Shown here one piece after another: positions 1 through 12,835 of a DNA stretch of 64,000 bases. The notes beneath the pieces are model-generated. The model saw only the letters and a program-made list of their open reading frames with translations, searched no databases and had not been told where the DNA came from. The position numbers and the translations under genes are program-made. Source of the stretch: Lytechinus pictus (Eukaryota); contig NC_087251.1 in assembly GCF_037042905.1 (NCBI RefSeq), positions 6,822,001 through 6,886,000 on the forward strand, written 5' to 3'. The first letter of the stretch is position 1; the number at the start of each line of letters is the position of its first letter.

Positions 1-102
1 CGAGTTATCCTGTGATCCCATTTTGACTCTCTAACAAATCTTATTAGATTTTCAGTGATTAATTCCCAACCGTGACAACAAGTGTGCCCAGGACACCTTG
101 CT

Positions 103-215
103 GTGTTGGTGCAGAAATGCCCATAGCAGCATGCATAAGTGCATTGTGTAAGGGTGTTTCTGCACCGCTGCGGTGCGCAACTTTTTTTGGGCTAAGGGCA
201 TTCTTGCACCAACAC
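103..215. repeat. Short inverted-repeat element (MITE remnant or hairpin)
   Basis: GTGTTGGTGCAGAAATGCCCATAGC (103-127) matches the reverse complement of 191-215 at 22/25 positions. No clear TSD. Confidence 0.5.
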
Positions 216-2794
216 GAACTGCCTTCTCCTTGACCTTACCATCACACATACTTTCCTTTTCTTCTGAAGGTTAATTGTACAATATTGAATTGAGCCATGT
301 ATACCAGGCCCTATTCACCCCTTTTAATAGCAGTTTTAAAATCAGAGTTCATGTCCTAGTTTAAAAATACCAATAAATACCATGGTAACAATGCTCAATA
401 AGCAATAAAAACCATTGATTCTCGTATGGAAGTTACCATAGTAGTAATTTCTATTGACGGGGCCCTTGAAGATTTTTTTATATTATAATTACTGCTCATT
501 TTTGAAGAAAAAAAGGAAAAGTTAAAATGCAAACAGCTTTAAAATGTTTTTTGGACTTATCAATATCGGACACAGCCTAGTCCATTTAACATGTAGCAAA
601 CAAGATAATTAGTAAGGAGTAGGTTTTCTTCAAAGGATTTTTTTCCTTCTCATTTAGGAGACATGATTCACATTCATCAACATGTGTGTAAGACGCAAGC
701 AACCAATATCAGATGTATTAGGCATTTACATATCCTCTCCTTGCTTGTGTAACATCTTCAAATTTGTTGCACAAGGTGTATTAAAAAAAAGAAACCCCCA
801 ATTTCATATCTATTAATGAAAAACATTAAGTAAGTACAACTTATCAGCATTTAAATGAGATCTTGATTAGGTTTCTAGAACAATGTATTACTGGACATCA
901 ATATAAGTAGTGCAAATAGCAGATAATTCACTTCACTTTACATTTAATATACAGATTGTGAGTGTATGCCTACAACAATGAATAATAATTGTCAACAATT
1001 TTTATCAATAAAGCTTCTTTAATTCTCTTTTTCATGCTGAAGGTACTTAGCTAAATTATGAAACAATAACAACTGCTGATTTTTTTTTATAATCTTATTT
1101 CTTTTATTGATGTTGATATTGAATGTGTCCTTATTGTATAGCATGCATTTTGCATTTAACAATTATTTAAGGTCCTAGAAAGTTAACTAAGGTGTCATTC
1201 AAATGCTTATATTTGTACTTATAATCTTAATGTGACTGATTTTCTTACTTTCCATAAAAAAATATATGATAGTTGGGTTTCCATTTTCAGAAGCATCTTG
1301 TAGATTAGTTATCACTGCTAAACACCCCCCCCCCCACAAAAAATAGGAAACCATTAAAGCTCGTAACATTTATTTCTGAAGTACTTTGTGGAATCATTTA
1401 TGTCAGGCGTACGTCATTTTGCATGCGTCATACAAGATTATGAGTCAAGGGTATAGGTTTTCTTCAAGATTTCCTATCATAGCATGCATCCACATGACAA
1501 TGACAATTAGACACCAAAGACCAAGCCTTAATAGAAAAACCCTTAAGCAAAAGTTAATGAGTTCTTTATACTATCAAGATTTCATGAATTAGGTAATAGT
1601 AGATATATTTCATCACTTGCCTAGTGGACTCTCTGATAAAGGTCGTATACCTAATTATCTCTCTCTTGTCCTTTTCCTTGTCTTGTCCAAAGGGTAGGTA
1701 ACCATTCTCTAGTGGCGGGAGAGTTAGTAAATGAAGGAGTACCACTGATAAAGTTATTTTAAGTGTGAGCCTACACAATCAAATAGGAATAATCAGAGAT
1801 ATAGGGTGCAGAAAGATATATCCACCAGTATTCAAATCATCCTAAAAATAAAATTAATTGATTGTTGATTATTAAATGTATTTGCTTTTTATGAGGAGCC
1901 ATAACATCGAATGCTTGCAGTGTTTCTTACTTAATAATTATTCCATCAAAAGTACTTATATAGTCAGTCTTGCTCCATTTTGAATGTAGTCTATGATTCA
2001 GTTGTTTGGATAGGAGGATATATTTTCTTATTTTTCTCCTGAAAGAACAAACTATAAAGTTTTTTATCTTTTCTGTTCATTTAGGTGGAAATGAATCAAA
2101 CTTTGTTATTTGAAGAAAAAAAAGAAACAAACTTGAAGTGCAATTTCTTAAAATTTGTTTTGAAAATTAGAATGGAATAAGATGTCAGATGTCCAAAAGG
2201 ATCTGATTGACATCTGTTTTATTGATTGATAGAAGATTCATACCACTTTGAGCAAGGAAATGAAAATTTTGTAGAATACATAGTGCAATGGAAATCATTC
2301 TCTTTTCTGTTCCTCACTTCCATTACATGTTGTGCTGATTTTTATGTCTTGATATTTGATCTGGAAGTTACTGCTGTTTAGGTGTCTAGAATGTAATGAA
2401 GTACATTACAGGAAATTATGACCTGATTCTTCGACTATATTACTATCTACTGTAGATAGCACGCCATCTCTTTTTCACTTATTTTCATTCTCTTGGAGTC
2501 TTTCTAGCCATGTTTCTTAGTCTCTATGTCTCTTTCTTTCTCTCTCCACCTCTCTCTCTCTCTTTAATTTTCACCTCCTCCCTCTCCCATTTACCTTTCT
2601 ATACCCACTTTCAAACTTTTCTCCTATAACCTTATTTTACTTTGTTCCATGCCTATCACTATTGCTTCTTGCTTTATCTCTTCCTTTCACTTCCATCAGC
2701 TTGTTTTTCTTAAGGTAAGACCCCCCCCCCTTCTTATGTGTGATTCTCTGATTTATTCTTAAGTATTTTTAAATCTTTTCGTTTCTGTCGATAG

Positions 2795-2838
2795 GAAGTC
2801 ATCAGAAATCTATCCAGCATTGCAAATGACTAATGCAG
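2795..2838 (+). CDS. Candidate internal exon of an unidentified plus-strand gene (xKSSEIYPALQMTNA)
   Basis: Acceptor TCTTTTCGTTTCTGTCGATAG and perfect donor CAG|GTAAGT. Only one of three frames is open, and it ends in phase 1. Confidence 0.5.
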
Positions 2839-3868
2839 GTAAGTGCCACCTCTGTAGAAAGAAGAAACACATTTGCTTTCATAGAAAATACCATGGGAGT
2901 AAAGAACTCTTGAAAATCAATACTACTTTATCTTCTTGACAACTTTTAAATCTTTTCAAATTCTCAACCGGTGATCCGGAGGTGCGAGGGAAATCCCTCA
3001 CGTGTTTCATTCCACCGCTTCCACCAGCCATCCTGGTGTTCCGAACATGTGTATCCACCGAGGGACATCAGTCAATGACAATAGCACATGTGATATAGAT
3101 ATGACCATAGCTTAATAAGTGTTCCTCAGAATCCTTGTACTGGCATTCTAACTATCTGCAGAATCTCTAGTGGTCAATGTGACAGTTGTTTAATTGTAAT
3201 AATGGTTCCACTGATCCTATTTCCGTTGTTGTGCCGATGATGAAGGGGGTGGCAGATATCACTCTACCCCTAAACGGGTCAATGGCATTGCTAGGTAGGC
3301 GAGGACGAGTACGTATGCATTGAGAGGGGCACTGATAATGATGATATACAAATTGGTAATGTAACATGGCAACCAAGGTTGAGGGTTTTGGAAGTTGGAG
3401 CAAGGTCTGCTATTTTGTCGACTTTTATTTCTCTCTTTTAGCCTCTTGTGTTTCTTTATGTCATGTTACAATTTGAAAGTAATGGCAAGTGGTATTTCTT
3501 CACTGATCATGTGCAGTGGAACAGGACCATAAAAGTCAAACAGTATCGGTCATCCAATGGTATACCTTCCCCAGAATCCTTGCTTGTGATTGGCTGTTGT
3601 TACCATGATACCATTGGATGTGACCATGATAGTTATTTCATACAACAGGGCCCAGTTCCCAAGTAACATCAAGAAGACTTTAGATGTAATTTAATGTATT
3701 TCCAGATGACAATAGATTTTCATAATTTTACAAGGAAATCGATTCAGCTGTTAAAAGAATTAACTGTTGAAAAAAAATTGAAATCATATTGAAATACTGA
3801 CTTTGAACTTTCACTATGAAGTGGTATAGAATGAGTTAGAAGGCAGAATCCTCTAGATGCAATGGTCG

Positions 3869-4370
3869 CAGTGGCGTACCGTGGGTCATGGCATGGGGGG
3901 AACAAGCAATTTTTTTTAGTCACTAAGTATAGCCAGATATACTGACCTAATGGAGAAATTTTAAGGACTGTGCCATTAAACGGATATGTATCTCACTGAT
4001 CAAATATTGTGAGGGCAAAGCGCGAGCTGAAAATTTTTGATATTCAGACCAGAAAAGGTGACTTTTTAAGGACTGTTTTTAAGAATTCATGAAGAGCAGA
4101 CATATCTCCCCAATCCACTAATGCGAACGTTAGCACGGACTGGAAATATTTTATATTCAGGCCTTAAGGGGGCAAGCACTTTAAGTCATGAAAGTGAAGC
4201 ATATGTCACTACATAAAACAATAACTCGAAGTGCAAGGAAATATATTTGGTGTATATTGACTTGAAAACAGGATATTTTAGTACAACAGGATTATATATC
4301 TCAATGCGAGCACAAAAAATTATGAACACATAGAGTTATGAAAAAAAATATATCTTATGTAATATTATAG
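3869..4370. mobile_element. Fragment of a non-autonomous DNA transposon (CAGTGGCGTA-type terminus)
   Basis: Starts CAGTGGCGTACCGTGGG...GGGGG, followed by degenerate internal subrepeats (TATTCAG/TATTGAC blocks). The right terminus was not found and the end coordinate is approximate. Confidence 0.4.
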
Positions 4371-5211
4371 TACTATTTTCAGTCCTATGATATTTGCTTA
4401 TGTTCTCCAACTATACCTCATAACAAAGCTATAACTCATATTCACATGAATGGCTTATATGACAAACATGTTGATTGTTATACATCTTTCCTATTGATTT
4501 CAATTACTACACAGGTAAGGCTAAAGGCAACGAGAATTGGACGTAGCACTAATATTACATCAAGTTCTGCCAACTAATCTAAATTCCAAAAGAGCACTCT
4601 TTATTTTTAGCAGCAAAATTAGTCTGTTTTTCACATTAGTCAATGAAAGCTATATCATGCATGTTTACAGAGTGCAATATTTGCCTCATTAGTCTAAATT
4701 ATAAAAGAAACTGGCATGAGAGTAACCTGCTAGAACATTTCTTTAATTATATTTTTAATTACTGTTCTCACATGATATATTGATAAAATAAGCATCTTTT
4801 CAGAATCTATAATGGTTGAAAAAATGTTTCTAAATAACTAATTTACAGTTACCTACTATTACTATTACCAAGATTTCCATGGCAAAGAAGAATAGTGTAG
4901 TAGGTTTCTGAGGACGACAAGAACACACTTGTAGAAACGTAAAGATTGGGTGGTCCTTTACTGGACCAACACTTGCCCAAGATACATGGTGTACCGTGAA
5001 ACCTACTACACTAACTAATTTACAGCTTTTGTTATTTTTTCTTTTGCATTCACCATACTGATAATAGGTTATACTAGATATTAATCTTAAATGAATTCAG
5101 GACATTTTATTTATATCTTCTAAGTGTTTTAATCGGCATATTTAAGCTGTTATGATTTCAAAACTCTTTGACTACCCCCTGCCGCCCCCCCCCCCTCTCT
5201 CTCTCTCATTA

Positions 5212-5664
5212 ATATGCTTTTCACACTGCATTTCCTTAACCCCATACTATCCTTAACCCGGGACTATCCTTAACCCCATACTATCTTTTTTCGATTCACA
5301 CTGTCTTTCTTAACCCCATACTATTTGCTTAGCCGGTGTTAACGCCTTAACCCTGGGCAATCACACAGCTCATTAATAGTGATGATTTTACCATACAGAG
5401 CGCGATTAACGTGCAATTTCGACTACTGTGATTGGCTAATGCTTAGCCCCACTTTTCCTTAGCCCTGTTTCGTTTCACACTGCATCTCTTAGCACCGCAA
5501 TTGTGGTGCTAGCACCACAATAAGCTGGCTAACCCTGCTTTTTTGCAGGGCCAGATAGTACCGTACTATTTACTGTGCTAGCCCACTTTGCTAAAACCCC
5601 CCCCCCCCTTAGCCCCACCAATTTTCTGGGGTTAAGGGGAAAAAGTGCAGTGTGAAAAGCATAA
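5212..5664. mobile_element. Harbinger-like MITE, family A, copy 1
   Basis: TIR TATGCTTTTCACACTGCA / TGCAGTGTGAAAAGCATA. It is an inverted homologue of 28379-28880 and carries internal TTAACCCC/TTAGCCCC subrepeats. Confidence 0.85.
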
Positions 5665-8600
5665 TATTTGCCTATAAATAATTAGGAGACATAATTAGTA
5701 AAAAAGAAAACCTATATTGAATGAGTGCTGCTTGTTGTTGTCTTTATTCCACAAGTCTTTATAATGTAAATATTTTAAGGCAACCAAATAATTGTTGCTG
5801 TGAGAAGTGGGGCTAAGTGCAGACAATTTGCCCCTGGCCTTCCCTCGTGTATTGAATAAAATTGTACACTTTCAAGCCAGTGGCTTATTTGCATAAGGTC
5901 ATGATATTTGTTATCAGATTAAATTCTTGATTTTTTATCTCATTTTGTTTTCTTTTAAATTTTGTGTTAGGTTGTGTACACTCTTGAAAGTAGTGCCCTA
6001 TGGCCCCTTACACCACCCCCCCCCTGCAGATACACCACTACCAGAGAGATTTGAGTTGCCTTTGTAATAGTGAAGTATATCGGCCTCCTTTCATCTTGTA
6101 ATAAGAATCGAGTGTCCTTGGTCATTTTGAGAGACAAATAGAGAGAAAGGATTTAATCTGCACTGTTCAAACAATCCTATAGCTATATAAGAATTCATTC
6201 TGTGTTAAACATGGAATAAAAATTTGTTTCTCTTTGTGGATGTTTATTGTTGAGATTAATTGCCAGGGCATTGTTGTTGACAAAATGTAGAGAAATTCCA
6301 TTATTGATAACACTTGATTTGTTACTTTATTCATTTTCATTACTCACTCGTAGGGAATTTAGAATGGTTTTTATTGTATCACTTTGATGTTTCTCTGCGT
6401 ATGGGGTGTGATAATCCGGGGGAATTGATATGTTTACATGATTTTGACCATGGAACGTGATACCAGTAGTTGTAGCCATGCTATTGGGGATCTGACTTCA
6501 ATCAATTTCATCTATTGTATACAAGTTATATTTCAACGTGGGGGATGTTTTCTTTTGTGTTTAACCTCATTAATACTTAATGGTTCATGCAGATCATGGT
6601 AACTTTATAGAAGTTTGTTAAGAAAAGAATTATACCAAAGATAATGATATTGAATATTTTTTATATCTATTAATGCCCGTTGAAATCATTTCAATGCCAT
6701 TGGTATTACTACAGCTATATTAGGCGACCATTTCAGGATTCAATGAATTCTGTCTATTCTCAATCATTAGAGTTCTTGAAAAATCATTGAATAAGAAGGT
6801 TTCACTGATATTTTGTTCTGACTAATACACTAACCAGCTCCGCCTCTTAAGTCAATCACAAGTTGAGTTTCAGTGAAGGTTAATATTGGTTATATTTTCC
6901 ATAATTGATAACAAAACCGAGCTATCAGATTATATTTTGAATGTGCCATCTTTTTCTTTCTTTTCAATATAAACATCCAGGCACCACACTTTTTGTTCCT
7001 CCAACTAAAGAGTACTTCATGGATCATATTATTTACATTAAGTGGTAGTTTTGCACTCTTGATCTCTCTCTCTCGTAATCATTCTCTGTTCTCAGAATTG
7101 TATTCTTGCTACTCAAGTGCTGTGTTTTGTTTGGATTGAAATTGCTTTAAATTTAACAAAGCCAGAAAGTATTGTATGATATTTCTCTAGTATTATCACT
7201 GAGTTTGATGTCTCTGAGAGGTATGAAGATGTGTTAGTGGTTACTCCATTCATGATATCAGACATGCAGGTATGTAATGGATACTACACGTTCTCTACTT
7301 CCTGGGGAGTAATCCAGTGCAGTGTTGAATGCTGAACGGTGTATGTATTTAACCCCTGGGTGGAGAGAGTCAAATCTGTGAAAGATGCTGTGGTCGGAGT
7401 GGAATCCTCTACCCTGGTGTCTTCAATTTCTATAAGTCCAATATACAGGCTCAACATGATTTGAAATGATACTAAGTCATATCTATGAGGATTTGCTTCT
7501 TCAGTTTTTATTGGTTGGTCTTTTATGGCCAAGCACTTGTTTCGGATGTAGAATGACTCAAGTTTGTATATCTTGGGAATTGCTTGGCGTGGATTTAACC
7601 AACAATTTCTAGTTCAGGAGGCAGACATTCTACTACTAGTAACTTGGGCAACTCACTGAACTGCTAGTGGCTATATGTATAACCATAGCTGCTAATAAAC
7701 ATATTAGACATATATGCATTAAATTGAAGTACTTTTATTGTGAAAAACAAATGTTTCTATCGGGGGTAAAAAAATATTTGTTCTTTTTACATAGAAGAAT
7801 TATTTCTCATCCTTTTCTTCCTCTCTTTGTTATTAGTATCATGAGATTGGGCTTAACCTTTAATTTTGTTTTAAGAATATAAGACACCTTCATCAACCTC
7901 AAGACACATTCATTCTTAAGAAAATTCATCTCACCAGAGACATATTCTATCTCATCTTTTTTTTTTGCTAGGGGCAACACTGAAGATGAGTCTTAGCATC
8001 CAAGACAATGTTTTGGAAAAGGAAGAAAATATTTATCAAGCGCCTCTTCTTTGAAGTAAAGGTTATTAACTTCTAGCTGTACATTTGTCTGGGTACAAAG
8101 TGGTCAAGTATCCTTTTCCCTTTAAGATTGTTTGCCCGGAAGATTAAGTCTGCTACAATTCTATGTCAATGTTTTAGTCTGATGATGTTGTGACAGTGCT
8201 GCCCTTTTTCTTTCATCTTTATGTATCCAATAAGTATACTCTGTAAATGTTTTTCATTAGTCAATTTCCAATCCTTTTTCAGAGAATTAGATCAGTTGCT
8301 TTTCCTGTTTTAAGTACTATAGTTGTCATCCTAATAGCAAACTTTATGTGTACAGAATGCTGTGGCAACAGGGGAGGGAGGAGGTGCAGGGGGTTGTCAA
8401 AGGTATTTCAAAAAATCTGCATAAGATAGTGATAAATGATAAAAATGCAACTTATTAGAGCACTCGTTCGTACTTTGCAGAGTGCTCAAGTGTAAATTGT
8501 CATTAGCTCCTTAAAAAAAATGATCCTGAACCGATTCATTTTAACGCTATTTACAAATGATAGGAATTAATTGAGGGTAATGCATTATCAAATTCTATAA

Positions 8601-9254
8601 GGTTTCTAGTAAAAAGAGACGGAGTTAATTGAGTCTAGATGACATTTATTGACTAATTATCTTTTCCAAATGGCAGTGATATTCTTTGCTTTCAGTGAAC
8701 TATGGATGACCTCCCATGACAGGCCTTTTCATTGATATCTATGTTGTTACATAATGATAGAATAACTGTAATTGTATACCAGAAGTGTCTCCATTTTCAA
8801 GGAGAGAAAGAGTCTTTGTAAAGAAACTTTGGTTCAAAGAAATCCAGGGAAGTGTGTCAATATCTATGAAATACCCAATTATCAGATGTGGATGAAAAAT
8901 GAACTGTTTACTCATGGAGATCATACTGCATTTGCCTGGTTTGATGATGTTAATCTTTAAGGGGAAGTCAAAATTAGAGAAATGTATTGATCTAGATTTG
9001 GCAAAAATCCACCAAGAAATAGCAGTTATGCATATCTAACGTTTTACTTTGACATCATTTGTGGAAAGCACCCCCTGTATGAATTCTATAATTTGCTTTT
9101 TTATGTCAGAATGTTTGAAATCATTTTTCATGGGCATTAATTCCATATATCAGCAAACACATTATTTTTATCAAACATTCATCTATCAAACAATAGTTTC
9201 ATTGATCATGAAACATTAATAAGTGTCAATTTATGAATTTGTGTATAGTTTAGT

Positions 9255-9880
9255 GTAGTATTTATTTTCCGTATAAAAAAAACAAAAAAAACGGATGGAT
9301 AGCCCATATTCAGTTTTGTCAACATGACAATACTGTTCTTCCATGGGGTCCATATACAATAAAATACACATATGAAAGAAGCATAACATATACTGTAAAT
9401 CAAACAAAATAATAAAAGTGATATGATATATCCTGTCACTAATAGGAAAAGATTATAAAATTCAATAGTTTGGCAAGAATTTACACGAAATATTGTATAA
9501 AATGAATGAATTGAATGAATTAGGCTGCTATCATATTATTGAAATAAGTTTTCGCAAGGAGCGAATGACTAAGTACTAGTAAAATTAATATACAATGATT
9601 GTAAACTGTCATATAACACAATATTTTGGTTCTCTCATACAATTTTAAGAGGATTTAAGAGCGTAAAAATATTGAAGGAATTCAGTATAAAAATACACAT
9701 TGCATTAAGACAACGTCGCAATAGATCTATAAAAACATGTATATACACTGATTGGATTCATATAAGGAGTAAAAAATAAAAAGGAGAATGCACTTTGTGG
9801 AACTATTCAGTTGAATAAGATCATAATCAGTTAGTAATTTAAAGTCTGTTCAGGGAACAATGGGGAGGAGAAGGGGAAGA
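9255..9880 (-). mobile_element. Degraded L2/CR1-group LINE 3' end
   Basis: Shares the GGATAGCCCAT...TTCCA(A)TGGGGTCC 3' motif with the LINE at 16053-16725. On the minus strand it is followed by AATAAA and a simple tail. The upstream boundary is approximate. Confidence 0.5.
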
Positions 9881-12384
9881 AAGACAAAACAAGAAAGAGC
9901 ATATAATATTGACTTTATGACATATATGTGACATATCATACATGGGAAAACTGCTCACATGTGACATCAAAATAAAAACTTTGAAAATTCAGTTCTCTCT
10001 TATTCTTCTTTGGTTGATTTTCACCAAATCTTCACTTATAATTTCTCTCATTTTTCTGCCTTTATTCAAAAATATTTTGTCTGGGTGAAATTTTTCTTTT
10101 TAGGTCAGATGTTCAGAGGTTATAGCCTAAAATTTCACCAGAATGAAGTATTGGCTGATATCATTTTCCTTTCATATTTTCACCTTCCAATTTATCATAT
10201 ATTCTCTTTTGTATCTAAGCACTGATGATGTTTTTTCATTTTCATTGTAGGTTTCACACGCCTAATTACAACATGCAGGCAACTAAAGATTCCTAAGATT
10301 TCAAATTTAATATATCTGATTGACAAAGTTGTAATGCATATGATTCACCATCTAACACTGATTCTATAGGAAAGGCATTGCCGAAATGGGAAAGAAATAT
10401 CACTTAACTTTTGGAACTATTTGACTGGTGGAAGAAATAAGGCTATTTTTGCCATTTCAGGTGATAAATGAGATCTTGACCTAAGATGTTTTCATACAAG
10501 TTGATTTATTAAAAAAAAAAACCTGGTCAACATACCCTTTTCTAGTCAGATATGAAATGTCAGATATATTTCCTATATAGTGATAGTAAACATTGGTCCC
10601 CTTAATTTCATCTTATTTTTAATATTCTTTTTTTTTTATGTCTATGGGAAATCTTTACAAAAGTGACACTGCAATCCCATATAGTTGATACTGCATTAGC
10701 AAATGACTGCAGATACATTGGTTTTGACAAGATTTCCACACCCATTTTATCATCTTGAGATGTTTGGTACATCTGTGATACCTTTAATGGCCTTCATTCT
10801 GTTCTATAAGAAGAAAAGGCCACCCTGTCATTTGGAACAGAAGTAGTGTCAATCCAGAGACAGACCAGATTATCCTTTCTTCTAAAGCCATCTTTTTCAC
10901 AGAATTAGAAGGATTACAATGGATTGGTAGGCAGACAAGCATGTCATCCTATAATTAAAGATCATCATCCCTCACCAACAAAGTTTAAATCTCTCATTTG
11001 ATTTCATCCTTATTGTATCCACATCACATTACATCATTTTTATGATATGATTTAGTTCAAATTCTTCAACGAACTCTACTTCCAGGGATTAAATCTTGTC
11101 TACTCTGTGTTTTGGGTGCTATTGATGGTTGTAAATGTTCAAATGTTCTTTGAGTGTCTGTCAAGAAAACAGATGTCTGACACTTGTAAACAAAATAAAA
11201 CAGTTATGCAGATACTGTCACATATACAATTATTTTGTTTTGTGAAGAAAGACAGAAGAAAATTTTGAACAAGAAAAAAAGGCAATACAAATGAAATCTT
11301 TTACAGTACAATTCAGTAGCAGGACTGTGCATCAATATTGATTGATCCACCAAGAATCAGTTACAGCATCCAAATTCTTGTACCATTGAACTATGAGAAA
11401 GAAAAAGGATAAAGGTGAGCGCACCACTAAAATTATTTATTCATTTTTTAATTCCAAATGTACAGAATATTGGCAACCCTGATGAACAACCAAGGAAAAA
11501 ATCAGTATCAACTTAAAAGGGGCACATGTTTGGTGATTGCCAGACAGTGGACACTGTTTTTACACTGTTAATTTTTATTCCAATTGTTAGAATAATATAA
11601 TTTTTGTCCATTTAGCTTATCAGATCCTATGTATCTAATCAAATTATAATTTCAGTCTTTCATACCTTGTACTAATTTCAAAAGAATGGTATTATACTGT
11701 CCATAGATGAAAAAAAAATCCTTCTTGAGCAATGAAATGTACTCCCTGCTAGGACATCAGAACATCCACATCAGGTCGAAAAATGGAATTCATGCAGTTG
11801 AATATTTTTGGTCTAATAATGGTGTCTTTAAGATAGTTTTGCCAGGCACCCCGAGTCTCACGTGAATTCTGAACCATATATGAATGGTTGTCTTTCAGGT
11901 CTGGATGAATAGTCCAGCGACTATTGTTCCGCTCTGGACCATTTATTTTTGACAGGTATTATCCCTCTTGAAAAAAAGAAGATTTCCGGATTGATGCTTT
12001 AATCTTCTTAAAGGTACAGTTTTTTATTTCCTGTTTTGAAGATGTTGGAATCTTGATCTTTTTTTAACCACTGCATGCATATTTAGATAATATATTAGTG
12101 TTGTGATTTGTCCATGTATAACAAATGATGCACAAGTTAGATAAGAGCATTCAGATACCCTTTTCCACAGTTTTAATCTATTCCATTATAGCTTTTTATC
12201 CTAAAATGTGACTTAATGAATATTGTCTTTATCAGATTAAATTGTGTAAAAGACTTGTGATTTCCTGAATCTTCTAATCACCCTACAGCTCATTAATAGT
12301 CTAGACTGATTCCTCTTCCTGTTGTCATGTTTGTTTCAGATCTTTTTTAGATACATTCTTTGTAATCCTTCTCTCTACAACCAT

Positions 12385-12835
12385 TACCGTGTTTACACTT
12401 AATCGGCAATTGGTTCTGAACCAATTGCCGATGCAGAATCGGCATTTGGATTGCGTTTACACGTTGTTACAGCTCACGGTTCAGAACCGCGAGCCGATGC
12501 AAAAACTTGAAATGATACGCATACCTACAATATACGTCATAATAAAGACAACGCTGGATCAGTGCGCTAACAATTACGTCACAATGGTAAAGTAATTGAA
12601 ATGCGCACAAATTGCCGGTGCAGAATCGGCTTTCTGTTTACACGTAGTAAAAAAGCCGATTCTGCATCGGCTCGCGGTTCAGAACCTACTACTTTGGTGG
12701 TGCAAATTGCCGGTTCTGAACCGCGAGCCGATTCAAGTTACTCGCGTTTACACACTATGAAAAAGCCGATGCTGCATCGGCTCGCGGTTCAGAACCGCGA
12801 GCCGATTCAAATGCCGATTAAGTGTAAACACGGTA
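12385..12835. mobile_element. Harbinger-like MITE, family B
   Basis: Perfect TIR TACCGTGTTTACACTTAATCGGCA and 3-bp TSD CAT (12382-12384 / 12836-12838). CpG-rich, with internal palindromes ATCGGCTCGCGGTTC-A-GAACCGCGAGCCGAT. Confidence 0.9.

Noticed and set aside
2960..3420. Relatively GC-rich segment as a possible exon or TE
   Set aside because: No convincing frame, splice pair or termini found. Unclassifiable without a database search.
12385..12835. Repeated palindromes resembling a CRISPR array (also 25969-26601)
   Set aside because: Eukaryotic context, irregular spacing, enclosed by TIRs and TSDs, and no cas genes. These are MITE subrepeats.
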